Shown here: one piece after another, positions 47,797-57,294 of the stretch
Layout: every line of letters begins with the position of its first letter
How positions within the stretch are numbered: the stretch's first letter is position 1
Assembly (NCBI GenBank): GCA_963706325.1
Contig: CAVPLT010000007.1
Span: 64,001-128,000 of the forward strand
Direction of reading: 5' to 3'
Length of the DNA: 64,000 nucleotides
Source: an uncultured Nitrospiraceae bacterium
Lineage (GTDB): Bacteria > Nitrospirota > Nitrospiria > Nitrospirales > Nitrospiraceae
Program-made: the position numbers and the translations under genes
Notes under the pieces: generated by a model
Database searches by the model: none
Told to the model about the DNA's origin: nothing
What the model saw: the letters and a program-made list of their open reading frames with translations, nothing else

Positions 47797-48375
47797 ATGG
47801 CTGGCAGGAAGCTGAAGAGAAAAAGTGGCGCATCGGTGAAGACAGTTGCGAAGAAGAGGATGGAGACAGTTGCGAAGAAAGGCAAGAAGAAGACCGCCAC
47901 GAAACGATCGGCTCCGGCGCAGCGGTCACGAACGACTCGCGCGAAAAAGCCCTCGGTAGCGGTCGTGGTGCTGTCCGGGTCCACCCCGCTTCGCCGCAGC
48001 AAGGCGGCTGAGTTAGTGGCCGAGGAGCTGCAGCTGGACTTGGCGAAGGTGAATCTATCCTCAGTGGTGAGCCGGTACGTCGGAGAAACCGAAAAGAACA
48101 TCAATCGGATTTTTGACGAGGCTGAACGCAGCGGGTCGATTCTGTTCTTTGATGGAGCGGATGCGCTGTTCGGCCCACATCGCGCAGGCAAGGGTGACAC
48201 GGGCCACTATGCCGATGCGGGGGCAGCCCATTTGTTGCAACGCATCGAGGCCCACAAAGGGTTGGTCATTGTAACGACCAATGGGAAAAGCAGGATCGAC
48301 CAAGCGCTGTCTCGGCAAGCAGAGGTGTCCGTGATGGTGGGCATGAAGAAGAAGCGGAAGAAAAAAACCGCCTGA
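47797..48375 (+). CDS. Degenerate AAA+ domain protein with basic tails, paralog 2
   Basis: NLSSVVSRYVGETEKNI, ILFFDGADALFG, IVTTN; Walker A replaced by SGSTPLRRSK. Confidence 0.8.
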   Translation: MAGRKLKRKSGASVKTVAKKRMETVAKKGKKKTATKRSAPAQRSRTTRAKKPSVAVVVLSGSTPLRRSKAAELVAEELQLDLAKVNLSSVVSRYVGETEKNINRIFDEAERSGSILFFDGADALFGPHRAGKGDTGHYADAGAAHLLQRIEAHKGLVIVTTNGKSRIDQALSRQAEVSVMVGMKKKRKKKTA

Positions 48376-48421
48376 CGAACCGTTGGCATGCAGGGTGGCT
48401 CGACAAGCGATGGCACGAGCA

Positions 48422-48569
48422 CAGGATGGTCCAAAAGGCTGTTCAGCGAGGCCGCAGCAAGGTCTGCGGCGCGAAGCACAATGAGCGCCACGCCTGTGCA
48501 CGCCGCCGAGAGGATGAGAGGGAGCAGTGTCTTGCGAGAACGATGCTGGGGCCCTGTTTCAGCGTCCTG
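48422..48569. repeat. Palindromic intergenic repeat, family A, copy 3
   Basis: CAGGATGGTCCAAAAGGCTGTTCAGCGAGGCCGCAGC...GCGAGAACGATGCTG...TTTCAGCGTCCTG. Confidence 0.7.
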
Positions 48570-48575
48570 CGGAGG

Positions 48576-48746
48576 CTACTCGGTCTCTTCGCTGGCCTCG
48601 AGGCACTTGGTGCACTGTTCCAGGTCGGGAACGCCATGGGCGCTGCAGAAATGCCGGTGGCACAGGCCGCACAGCATGAAGCTCATTTTGATTCGATCCT
48701 CTGCCTCGCAGCAGTAACAATTTTTTGCGGTTCGTGCCTTCGGCAT
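48576..48746 (-). CDS. 56-aa Cys/His-rich small protein (zinc-finger-like), not in the ORF track
   Basis: AAAGGAGAAGG RBS; MPKARTAKNCYCCEAEDRIKMSFMLCGLCHRHFCSAHGVPDLEQCTKCLEASEETE. Confidence 0.75.
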   Translation of the reverse strand: MPKARTAKNCYCCEAEDRIKMSFMLCGLCHRHFCSAHGVPDLEQCTKCLEASEETE

Positions 48747-49272
48747 GGTCCTTCTCCTTTAAATGTTCGTCGTTTCGACCGATCGGCGTCGGTTGCCGAG
48801 CACGTAGAGCCAGGGGCTTTGTACCTCGCGACCGGTCTCGTTATTCACTGTCGCCGCAGTGCGAGAAGCCTGGACGGTTACGGCTTCGTGCCACCCGCCA
48901 GCCTATCCGCAACCGGTAGGACCGCAGGCCGGACCTCAATTCATGAAAGAAATCAGGCAAGGCACCTAGGCCGGGTTAGCCTACGGCGCTTAAGACAGCG
49001 AGAGGTGTACTCGTCGTTTGTTTCCGGTCACAAGCCAGGATGACGCTCTGCGGCATACGACTGCTTATATCATACATGGGTAAAGATTATAGCAGCCGAC
49101 GTATGCTTGTCTTCAGCGGATTGGCTCACTGTCCTCGCGAAAACGCCGATGCGGTCTGACACCATAGCCGTATCATCGGCGGGCATCCGGCTCGATCTGC
49201 ATACGGAAATCGGCTCATGACATGGAATGTACGTCTTTTATCGGCGGGGCGCTCAATTCCCAATCCTGCCGG

Positions 49273-49974
49273 TTATACCTGCAGCGAAGTCTCCATTCCT
49301 TCTAATGTCGCCCAGACCCCATGTCCGAGATGGTTGGCCGATTGATAACTATGTCGGGCCAGCCGCGCGGCCAACGGCCACGTCTGAGGCTTCACGAGGA
49401 CCCACATGGCGATTCGAGGAATATTGATGATATCGAACCCGCCGAGAATAGGGGAGAGATCGTCGTCGATCCCGTCGGATACTCCCTTCATCGCCAGGCA
49501 GGGAATATTTCGCTGTTTGCAGAGCTTCGCAATAGTCTGGCTTTCCATGTCCACAGCAATCGCCTGGGTGGTGGCGGCCAATGCGCGCCGCGCGTCGGGC
49601 GTGAGAACGGGCTGACTGACCGTCACCAACGGGCCGACATGGAAGGGAATGTTTCGGTGCTTCAATGCCCGTTCCGCCACGGCAATCAAGCGCGGATCTT
49701 CGGATTGAACGATCAGTTCGCCGATGTGCACATGCGATCTCAGTGCCCCGGCGAGGCCTGAGCAAATCATGAGATCCAGTTTCTGAGAGTCCAGAAATCG
49801 AGTTACGCGATCTTTGGCCACAGCGGGCACCATCCCGGACAGGCAGAGCCGTATGGTATGCCCGTTGTGGGTCGCTCCCCATATCTCGTCGTGCGCATCG
49901 AGCAATTCGAGTTTCAGTCGCCGGCAGACTTCCCGCACTTCCCATTTCACCTCAGCGACGAGTCCTATTTTCAT
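49273..49974 (-). CDS. Nucleoside phosphorylase/nucleosidase-like protein (HpnG-like)
   Basis: SGLAGAL, AVDMES, KGVSD; ATGA overlap with hpnA. Confidence 0.75.
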   Translation of the reverse strand: MKIGLVAEVKWEVREVCRRLKLELLDAHDEIWGATHNGHTIRLCLSGMVPAVAKDRVTRFLDSQKLDLMICSGLAGALRSHVHIGELIVQSEDPRLIAVAERALKHRNIPFHVGPLVTVSQPVLTPDARRALAATTQAIAVDMESQTIAKLCKQRNIPCLAMKGVSDGIDDDLSPILGGFDIINIPRIAMWVLVKPQTWPLAARLARHSYQSANHLGHGVWATLEGMETSLQV

Positions 49975-50969
49975 GTCTTCCTCCGGATTTTGACATAACC
50001 TTGCTCGGTGAACCAATGCACGGCCTGCTCAAGCGCGTCTTGCAGCGAGGTCTGCGGCAAACGTAATTCTGTAACGGCTTTGCGACTGTCATACCGCATC
50101 GGTTGCTTCGCCATTCGTACCCCGTCCAGGGATGCGCGCGGGACATGTCCCGTGACCTTGGCCACAAGTTCTCCGCCGGCGCCGGCACAAAGGGCGACGA
50201 GGTAAGGGATCTTGATGCGAGGAGCGGGACGCTGACTCACCTGTCCAAGCAATCCGAGGAAGTCGCTGAAAGGCAGGTTTTGGTGCCCGAGAATGTACCG
50301 CTCGCCAACGCGTCCCTGGGTTGCTGCCAGCCAATGACCGATCGCGACATCCTTCACGGCAATCCAATTAAACGCGGCCTCCAGAAACGCGGGGAGGCGG
50401 CCGTTGAGAAAGTCCACGATGAATTGGCCGGTCGGGGTCGGGCGCCGGTCCAGGGCGCCGATCGGAGTCGACGGATTCACGATGGTGACCGGGGCGCCCT
50501 CTCGGATAAGCTTCCAGACAGCCTGCTCCGCGAGAATTTTTGTGCGTTGGTACGTACTGCGAGCGGCCTCGGGCGCGAGGAAATCGTTTTCTGTCCCAAG
50601 TCGGTCGGCCGAACATTGTACCGTCACGGCGCTCGATGTATACACGATCCGTTTCACTCCAGCCTGACAGGCTGCTTCCAAAAGCCGCCGAGTGCCGCCA
50701 ACATTGACATCATGCATGGCTTGAGGATCAGGCACCCAAAGGCGGTAGTCTGCCGCCACATGGAACAGTAGATCCATGCCCTGTACCGCGCGATCTACCG
50801 ATGAACGATCAGTGAGATCTCCCGGAATAGTCTTAATCCGAAGATCAGACAAGGCGCCGAGAGCGCTTGTCGACCGGACCAGCGCGGACACGTCCTGCTT
50901 TTGCTCTACCAAGACCCGCGCAACGTGGGCGCCGACAAACCCCGTTGCTCCAGTTACCAATATCCGCAC
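49971..50969 (-). CDS. hpnA: Hopanoid-associated NAD-dependent epimerase/dehydratase
   Basis: VTGATGFVG, FHVAADYRLW.PDP, VNPSTPIG..D.RPTPTG, GERYILG. Confidence 0.85.
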   Translation of the reverse strand: MRILVTGATGFVGAHVARVLVEQKQDVSALVRSTSALGALSDLRIKTIPGDLTDRSSVDRAVQGMDLLFHVAADYRLWVPDPQAMHDVNVGGTRRLLEAACQAGVKRIVYTSSAVTVQCSADRLGTENDFLAPEAARSTYQRTKILAEQAVWKLIREGAPVTIVNPSTPIGALDRRPTPTGQFIVDFLNGRLPAFLEAAFNWIAVKDVAIGHWLAATQGRVGERYILGHQNLPFSDFLGLLGQVSQRPAPRIKIPYLVALCAGAGGELVAKVTGHVPRASLDGVRMAKQPMRYDSRKAVTELRLPQTSLQDALEQAVHWFTEQGYVKIRRKT

Positions 50970-51034
50970 CGTGCGCCTCTTCTCTTTTACTAGGATGCTG
51001 ATCCGAATGACTGCTGAACTCTTCCCAAAGCGGG

Positions 51035-52660
51035 CTAGCTTCCTGCACGGTCCACTTCTTCACGCTGAACAAACTGTATGGACGGATTGGATTTGATGCA
51101 ATAGGCCAGGAGATGTTCGGTGTTGAAGAGCATCACGGACCGGCCTTGCTGATCGACGAGCCGCAGGGTATCCGAGGGCCAGTAGACGGCCGCAATCGTG
51201 GCGGGATCACCGACGATCCATCGGGCCAGGACATGGGGCAGGCGGTCGGCCGTGGTCTTGACCCCGTATTCATTTTCCAGACGAGACATGACCACATCGA
51301 ACTGCAGTTCGCCCACCGCAGCCAAGACCGGTTCCCGACGCACGTGATCGGGTGAATAAAAAATCTGCATGACCCCTTCCTCTTCCAGCTGCTTGAGTCC
51401 CTTCTGGAACTGCTTGTGCTTGGCAATGTCTTGCGTGTGTAGGCGCGCGAAACATTCCGGAGCGAAGTGCGGGATGGGATCGAAGGTCAGGGAAGGGTCT
51501 GAAGTCAGGGTATCGCCGATGGTGAAGAGGCCGGGGTTGACCAGTCCCACCACGTCGCCGGGGTAGGCTTCGTCGATCGTCTCGCGGTCGCGACCGAAGA
51601 GCCGGTGCGGACGGGTCATTCTGATCTTGCGTCCCAACCGGGCGTGATAGACCATCATGTCCTTCTCGAAGCGGCCTGAGCAGATGCGGAGAAAAGCCAT
51701 GCGGTCGCGATGTTGAGGGTCCATGTTCGCCTGGATTTTGAAGACAAAACCGGAGAAGGTCTCATCCGTCGGCTGAACCAATCCCTGAGCGGTCTGGCGT
51801 GGACCGGGCGGAGGGGCCAGTTTGGTGAAGGCATCCAGAAACGGGCCGACTCCGAAGTTGGTCAATGCGCTGCCGAAGAACACCGGGGTCAGTTCCCCTG
51901 CGAGAAATCGGGCCCGATCGAATGACGTGCCCGCGCCGGTCAACAGTCCGATCTCTTCCTGCAGCGGACCATAGGTGTCGCCCAGCGTCTCCGCGAGTTT
52001 CGGATCGGGAAAGGCTCCTACCGTCATCGGAGCGCGGCGTTGGTTGTGCGCCGTTCGCTGGAAGAACAGCACCTGCCGGTTCTGAAAATCGTAGACGCCT
52101 TGAAAACCGGATCCCTCACCGATCGGCCAATTGAAGGGCACCGCCGTCATGCCCAACGTGCGCTCGATTTCATCAAGCAGGTCGAATGGGTGACGTCCGG
52201 GCTGGTCCATCTTGTTGATGAAGGTCAGGATGGGGATTCCGCGCTTACGGCAGACGGCAAAGAGTTTTTTCGTTTGCGGCTCGATGCCCTTGGCGCCGTC
52301 CAGCACCATGACGGCACTATCCACGGCCATGAGGGTGCGGTAGGTGTCTTCGCTGAAATCCTGGTGTCCCGGCGTGTCGAGGAGATTGACGCGCGCGCCT
52401 TGATAGTCGAACTGGAGCATGGTGGAGGTGATGGAAATCCCACGTGCCTGCTCGAGCTCCATCCAGTCGGACTTGGCTTGGCGTTGACTGGACCGGGCCT
52501 GGACGGCTCCCGCCAGGTGCACGGCTCCCGCATAAAGCAACAGCTTTTCAGTCAGTGTGGTCTTCCCGGCGTCCGGGTGTGAAATGATGGCAAAGGTGCG
52601 CCGCCGCAGCACCTCTCGCCTCAGCTCGTCGGACGCAGATTTCTCAGCCGGCAAGGACAT
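51035..52660 (-). CDS. prfC: Peptide chain release factor 3
   Basis: RRRTFAIISHPDAGKTT, SDWM, DTPGHQDF, NKMD, FKIQANMDP.HRDR. Confidence 0.97.
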   Translation of the reverse strand: MSLPAEKSASDELRREVLRRRTFAIISHPDAGKTTLTEKLLLYAGAVHLAGAVQARSSQRQAKSDWMELEQARGISITSTMLQFDYQGARVNLLDTPGHQDFSEDTYRTLMAVDSAVMVLDGAKGIEPQTKKLFAVCRKRGIPILTFINKMDQPGRHPFDLLDEIERTLGMTAVPFNWPIGEGSGFQGVYDFQNRQVLFFQRTAHNQRRAPMTVGAFPDPKLAETLGDTYGPLQEEIGLLTGAGTSFDRARFLAGELTPVFFGSALTNFGVGPFLDAFTKLAPPPGPRQTAQGLVQPTDETFSGFVFKIQANMDPQHRDRMAFLRICSGRFEKDMMVYHARLGRKIRMTRPHRLFGRDRETIDEAYPGDVVGLVNPGLFTIGDTLTSDPSLTFDPIPHFAPECFARLHTQDIAKHKQFQKGLKQLEEEGVMQIFYSPDHVRREPVLAAVGELQFDVVMSRLENEYGVKTTADRLPHVLARWIVGDPATIAAVYWPSDTLRLVDQQGRSVMLFNTEHLLAYCIKSNPSIQFVQREEVDRAGS

Positions 52661-52769
52661 AGCATCTCTCTTGGTTGTTTGCTGCTAACGAAACCGGGGA
52701 CTAGGATGTCGCCAGGGGTCGCTGCAGGGGAACTCATTCTTTTATCAGTCAAAGTGGGGTCGCGGCAAG

Positions 52770-52945
52770 AAGGATGGGCGGGAGGAGGGAGCCTTTCCAA
52801 GACCCGGCCGGCTCACCGTCTCGCCGGCGTGCGCAGACGTGACGCTCGTTACTCCTCGCGTCGCGCACCTCGCGCCACGCGCGGCTTAGGAAAGCCGTCG
52901 TTGGAGGCGCGCAGTGTGGGGACCACCGATTGTTGTGGCTCCGTG
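52770..52945. repeat. Intergenic repeat, family B
   Basis: Shares segments with 33510-33650 and 21314-21470. Confidence 0.55.
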
Positions 52946-53147
52946 CACATCCATTGAGCCAAGGGTTCTCACCAGTTAAGGACGAGGTGGCGCCGCGCTA
53001 TGGTGATTGAATATAAGGCGAAGTCACAGTGTCGGTACTATCCGCCAGCTCAAAGGCCGAGAAAGGAGCGGTTTTTTACCGTAATCTCCCAGAAGCACGG
53101 CAGGATATTAGTCACAATATTGAACAACTGAATGAAGGAAAAAAATC

Positions 53148-53939
53148 ATGGCTCACAATGTTCTCTGGAGGTTGGCTGCTTTCACCCTGTGGGTCGCCTC
53201 AATGGCGGCAGGCGCTGAAGTTCTGGCTGAAACCGCAGGAACTGATCCACAACATTTTCCGGGTAACCGAGTACTGTTGGGCACGGTACAAGAGATCCGA
53301 AGCGACCAGGCGCAGATCGATATCGGTGAGGGCCAGCCTCGCTTCGTTCCTATGAAAGTACGAAAAGATAAGGGATTACCGGATCTCAAAAAAGGAGATC
53401 TCGTCGAGATCACAGTGAATGATCAAAATCTATTGGTTGATGTACACATAGCCGGCGAGTCCAGCGATCACCATGTCGTCAAGGGGCAGCTCGCCGGGCC
53501 CCTGGAGACAGGGCACGACAAGGCCGTGATTCGCACGTCGGACGGCAAAGAGCAATCTCACTTTGTGCGGCCGGTAGCGAGGAGCAAAGTGGCCTCCGTG
53601 CCTGTGGGCGCGGAAGTCCTCTTCCTTATCGACGAGTTGGACAAGATTGTGGACGTGACCTTCGGCAGCAAGGAAGCGGCGGCTCGTTCCTCGGAACAAT
53701 CGCTTAAGATGAGTCCCCTTAAGGGCAATCTCGCCCAGGTTCGAGGGAAGATTGTAAAGCCTTTGCATGACAATACGATCGTGATTCAAACGCAAGACGG
53801 TAAGGAGCGATCCTACGAGGTGCGTCCGCTCATTCAGCCAAGGTTGAGCGAGTTGTCTAAAGGCGATGCAGCGGTGCTCCTGGTGGATAACGAACAGAAG
53901 GTGACGGACGTCGCATTCGAGCCGCCCTCAAATAAATAA
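53148..53939 (+). CDS. Exported protein with three OB-fold-like repeats
   Basis: Signal peptide; repeats LKKGDLVEI..NLLVDV / VPVGAEVLF..KIVDV / LSKGDAAVL..KVTDV. Confidence 0.7.
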   Translation: MAHNVLWRLAAFTLWVASMAAGAEVLAETAGTDPQHFPGNRVLLGTVQEIRSDQAQIDIGEGQPRFVPMKVRKDKGLPDLKKGDLVEITVNDQNLLVDVHIAGESSDHHVVKGQLAGPLETGHDKAVIRTSDGKEQSHFVRPVARSKVASVPVGAEVLFLIDELDKIVDVTFGSKEAAARSSEQSLKMSPLKGNLAQVRGKIVKPLHDNTIVIQTQDGKERSYEVRPLIQPRLSELSKGDAAVLLVDNEQKVTDVAFEPPSNK

Positions 53940-54138
53940 CACGGCCAAGCCGAGCGAAACATAACCGTCTCGCCTGGTCAGTCGGTGATGCTTCCGCGTT
54001 CACGGGTTCGTTGTTATTGTTCAACGTCCCGCGAGCGCGGCGGCATGCATGTCTCACTGGCCAGGTCTCCGGCATTCAACAGCACCCTGTTGTCGGCTGC
54101 CTCTCCTTGCTTAGTAAAGATCCTGAGACAAACCCGCT

Positions 54139-55473
54139 TCACGCTGTACGAGATGCGTGTTCATCGATGAGCGCCTGCAATGTGATCCCCGTGAGCGCCG
54201 TGGCCACCGCATCGTCGCGGCGGCGAAGCACCTCACGGACGGAATCGTCGCCGTCTGCCAAGTCTGTCGCGTCAGCGACACGCCCTTTGTGCACGGCATT
54301 GAGCACCTCCATCACGGAGATGAGTTCGATTGGCTTGGTGAGGCTGATGCCCTCCGGTTTGGCCATGAGGCCAAGCAGTCCGGCTTCGACCAGGTGCTGC
54401 GCCTGTTCCTCTACCAGCGATACGGGCAAGTGAAGATGGATGGCAAGTTCGTCGATGCCCAACGGGCCGTCCCCCTTCAAATACCGCCGCGCCAGAACCA
54501 GCAGCAGGCTCAAGGCCAGTCGTTCCCGAAACGCATGCGTTCCCTGTTGCCAAAGGAGGCGTGACAGGTAGGCGGTGGGATGTTGATAAAAGAACGAGAG
54601 CTGCGCTCCGATGAGCACAATCAGCCAACCGGCATAGAGCCACAAAAGAAACAAGATCAGGACGGCAAAGCCGGAATAAATTGCGCTGTAGTTGGCAGAC
54701 TCGGCCACAAATCTGGCAAACGCCTCTCCCGCGATGCCCCACAAAACGGCCGCGGTGACCCCGCCGACCAGGGCAGAATCGAATCGGACGTGCGTGTGAG
54801 GAATGAATTTGAAGAGAAACGTGAAGAGCGCGCTGAGGATGACGAACGGGAGCAATTGGCCGGCCCACAGCATCAGGAAGCCGAACGGTTGAATCTCCAG
54901 CACACGCTGTACCAGGGCGTTGCTATGCACTGAGGCCAGCAAGCCGAATGCCGTCACGACGAGTAATGGACCAACCAACACGGCGCTCAAATAGTCCGCG
55001 AACTTCCGCCCCCACGTGCGCCCTTCCCGCACCAGCCAAATCGCATTCAACGCCTGTTCGATTTTATCGATCAAGGAATAGGTGGTGTAGAAAAGCCCCG
55101 CGACGCCGACGACTCCCAGCACTCCGATTTTGAGATTGTCCACAAAGCCGATGATCGTGGCCGTGATTTCCTGCCCCTTCGAACCCAGAGGTTCGAGCGC
55201 CTGGGCCAAGACCGGTTCGATCTGCTGGTGCACACCGAACGCCTTCAGCACCGAAAACATCACGGCGAGAAAGGGGACGAGTGAGAGGAGCGTGGTATAG
55301 ACGAGACCGGCGGCCCGGGCATCGAGGAGACGGTGACGAAACTCCATTGCGACTGCAATGGCCAGCCGTAGCGCCTGGATGCCGAATCGGCCGGGGACGG
55401 AGAGCGAAGTCAGGTCGATGGTCCAGATGTCCTGCGTGAGAAACTGAGGAACGTGCGCCAGTCTATTCATCAT
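54139..55473 (-). CDS. YihY/BrkB family membrane protein with a C-terminal Rrf2-like winged helix
   Basis: AAGLVYTTLLSLVP, IEQALNAIW, YSAIYSGFA..LWLYAGW.IVLIGA; ...LVEAGLL...LTKP.ELISV. Confidence 0.88.
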   Translation of the reverse strand: MMNRLAHVPQFLTQDIWTIDLTSLSVPGRFGIQALRLAIAVAMEFRHRLLDARAAGLVYTTLLSLVPFLAVMFSVLKAFGVHQQIEPVLAQALEPLGSKGQEITATIIGFVDNLKIGVLGVVGVAGLFYTTYSLIDKIEQALNAIWLVREGRTWGRKFADYLSAVLVGPLLVVTAFGLLASVHSNALVQRVLEIQPFGFLMLWAGQLLPFVILSALFTFLFKFIPHTHVRFDSALVGGVTAAVLWGIAGEAFARFVAESANYSAIYSGFAVLILFLLWLYAGWLIVLIGAQLSFFYQHPTAYLSRLLWQQGTHAFRERLALSLLLVLARRYLKGDGPLGIDELAIHLHLPVSLVEEQAQHLVEAGLLGLMAKPEGISLTKPIELISVMEVLNAVHKGRVADATDLADGDDSVREVLRRRDDAVATALTGITLQALIDEHASRTA

Positions 55474-55702
55474 CGATCATACACCTGGGCCTGTTATTCG
55501 ATGCAGTAAGCGCCACTATAACAGTCCTGCGGCGCCAATGTTGCCCTTCGACATCACGATCCGGAGCAGAGGCCGTTTTCATCCATGTAACTGTCCAGGC
55601 TTACGACGTGTTTCGACGCGTGGAGTGGCACGTTCCCACTCACCGGCAGCGCTCGCTGGGCCTGCTATACTTTTGGTTGCCGACGAATCCACAGGAGCTT
55701 CC

Positions 55703-56248
55703 TTGCATATCCCCACTCATTTGATGCTGTCATGGGTAGTCGGCCACCGATTGAAAGCCAGGTCGGATCGGCGAGCGGTCGCATGGGCAGGGGTCGCGGC
55801 GGATCTGGATGGTTTGTCGATTCTCGCGGGCGTTGACGCCTATGGCCGGTGGCACCATGTGCTGACCCACGGCTTAATGGCCGGCCTATTGATCGCCCTT
55901 GTGGCTGCTTCTTGCGCCAGGAATCGCCTCCAGGTATGGTGGCTCAGCTTGGGTGCATTTCACCTGCATCTCCTCTGCGATTTTCTTGGCAGCGGACTCG
56001 ATTGGCCGATCCAATATTTCTGGCCATTCAGCGACACGTTCTATCACACGCCCTATGGCTGGGAATTGGACGCCTGGCAGAATTGGGCCGCCGCCATCCC
56101 GTTGCTGCTTGTCTGCGGACGTATCGCGATTCGCTCCGGCCATTCCTTTGCCGAAACCGTCCTTCCCGCAGCCGCTGATCAAGCGGTGGTGGCGACGCTC
56201 CGAGCGCGGTTTGCCTCAGCTGCGTTTTCCTCCGTCGTTCGGCCATGA
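55703..56248 (+). CDS. Metal-dependent hydrolase (YdjM/DUF457-like membrane protein)
   Basis: HIPTH, ADLDG, HHVLTH, HLHLLCD. Confidence 0.75.
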   Translation: MHIPTHLMLSWVVGHRLKARSDRRAVAWAGVAADLDGLSILAGVDAYGRWHHVLTHGLMAGLLIALVAASCARNRLQVWWLSLGAFHLHLLCDFLGSGLDWPIQYFWPFSDTFYHTPYGWELDAWQNWAAAIPLLLVCGRIAIRSGHSFAETVLPAAADQAVVATLRARFASAAFSSVVRP

Positions 56249-56456
56249 TTCGGAAACGGATGAGCCATCAGCTTTCAGGTAATAGGCGGCCTGCAGGTCC
56301 GGAGGCTCACAGCAAGAAGTCACCTCGCTTGTCTCGTTCGTTGCAGTAACTTTCGGTCACTACTGCGAACACCGATATGCCTCGTTAAGTGTGTACATCA
56401 AATAGGGACATGGCTATTATTTCGCTTTGTACCGGCCTTCTCCACAAAGTCAGCGC

Positions 56457-57257
56457 ATGAATGAACCCTGGACCCGCGATCAACTCCTTGTTGCTTTTAA
56501 TCTGTATCGTAGAATTCCTTTCTCAAAAACCAAGTCCAGCAACCCGTTGGTAGCTGAGGTTGCTCAGCGGATAGGACGATCCTCAGCATCTGTGGCGATG
56601 AAACTAGGCAACTTCGGCTCTTTTGATACGGCATTACATTCTAAAGGGATTAAAGGGCTTTCGGGAACAAGTAAAGCAGACCGTGGAATTTGGGACGAAT
56701 TCAATCAGGACTGGGCGAAACTTTCGCTTGAGAGCGAACTAGCTACAGAACGGCTTCAAGTCAGTTCGTCAACAATGCCTCTGGAGCGAGAGGAATCCAC
56801 ACCGCGCATCGACTCTTATTCTTGGAGGCTCCAAGAGGCCCTGAGCGGACCAAGCGAAAAAATCGGCGAGGTTAAAGTTAGACTGCACCAGAAATTTTTC
56901 AGAGCGGCTGTCCTTGCCTCGTATGGAAGCGCTTGCTGCGTTTGTTCCAATCCCATTCCTCAGCTGCTCACGGCCGGACATATCATTCCTTGGTCGAATA
57001 GAGAGGATCTTCGTGCTAATCCCAGGAATGGCCTGTGTCTGTGTTCACTTCATCATGCCGCGTTTGATTGTGGACTGTGGACCATCGAAGATTCCTACGA
57101 GATTAGATTGTCCCCTGAGCTAATGGCGTACCTTCCTAACAAGACCGTCGAATCAGGTTTCATCAATTATTCGAAAGCCCAGATCCGCATGCCTGATAAA
57201 TTTTGGCCTGACAAAACATATCTCGCTTTTCACCGCTCAAATCTATTTCGAGAGTAA
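56457..57257 (+). CDS. HNH endonuclease, predicted restriction endonuclease type
   Basis: WTRDQLLVAFNLY, FRAAVLASY..CCVC, AGHIIPW, NGLCLCSLHHAAFD; AT-richer. Confidence 0.88.
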   Translation: MNEPWTRDQLLVAFNLYRRIPFSKTKSSNPLVAEVAQRIGRSSASVAMKLGNFGSFDTALHSKGIKGLSGTSKADRGIWDEFNQDWAKLSLESELATERLQVSSSTMPLEREESTPRIDSYSWRLQEALSGPSEKIGEVKVRLHQKFFRAAVLASYGSACCVCSNPIPQLLTAGHIIPWSNREDLRANPRNGLCLCSLHHAAFDCGLWTIEDSYEIRLSPELMAYLPNKTVESGFINYSKAQIRMPDKFWPDKTYLAFHRSNLFRE

Positions 57258-57294
57258 TTGTAAAATTATGTATATGAATAAAACGGAGGAATTC

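Noticed and set aside
33828..48375. eCIS/T6SS or prophage locus suggested by the Afp15-like AAA cores
   Set aside because: No sheath, tube, baseplate or spike genes are present in the window.
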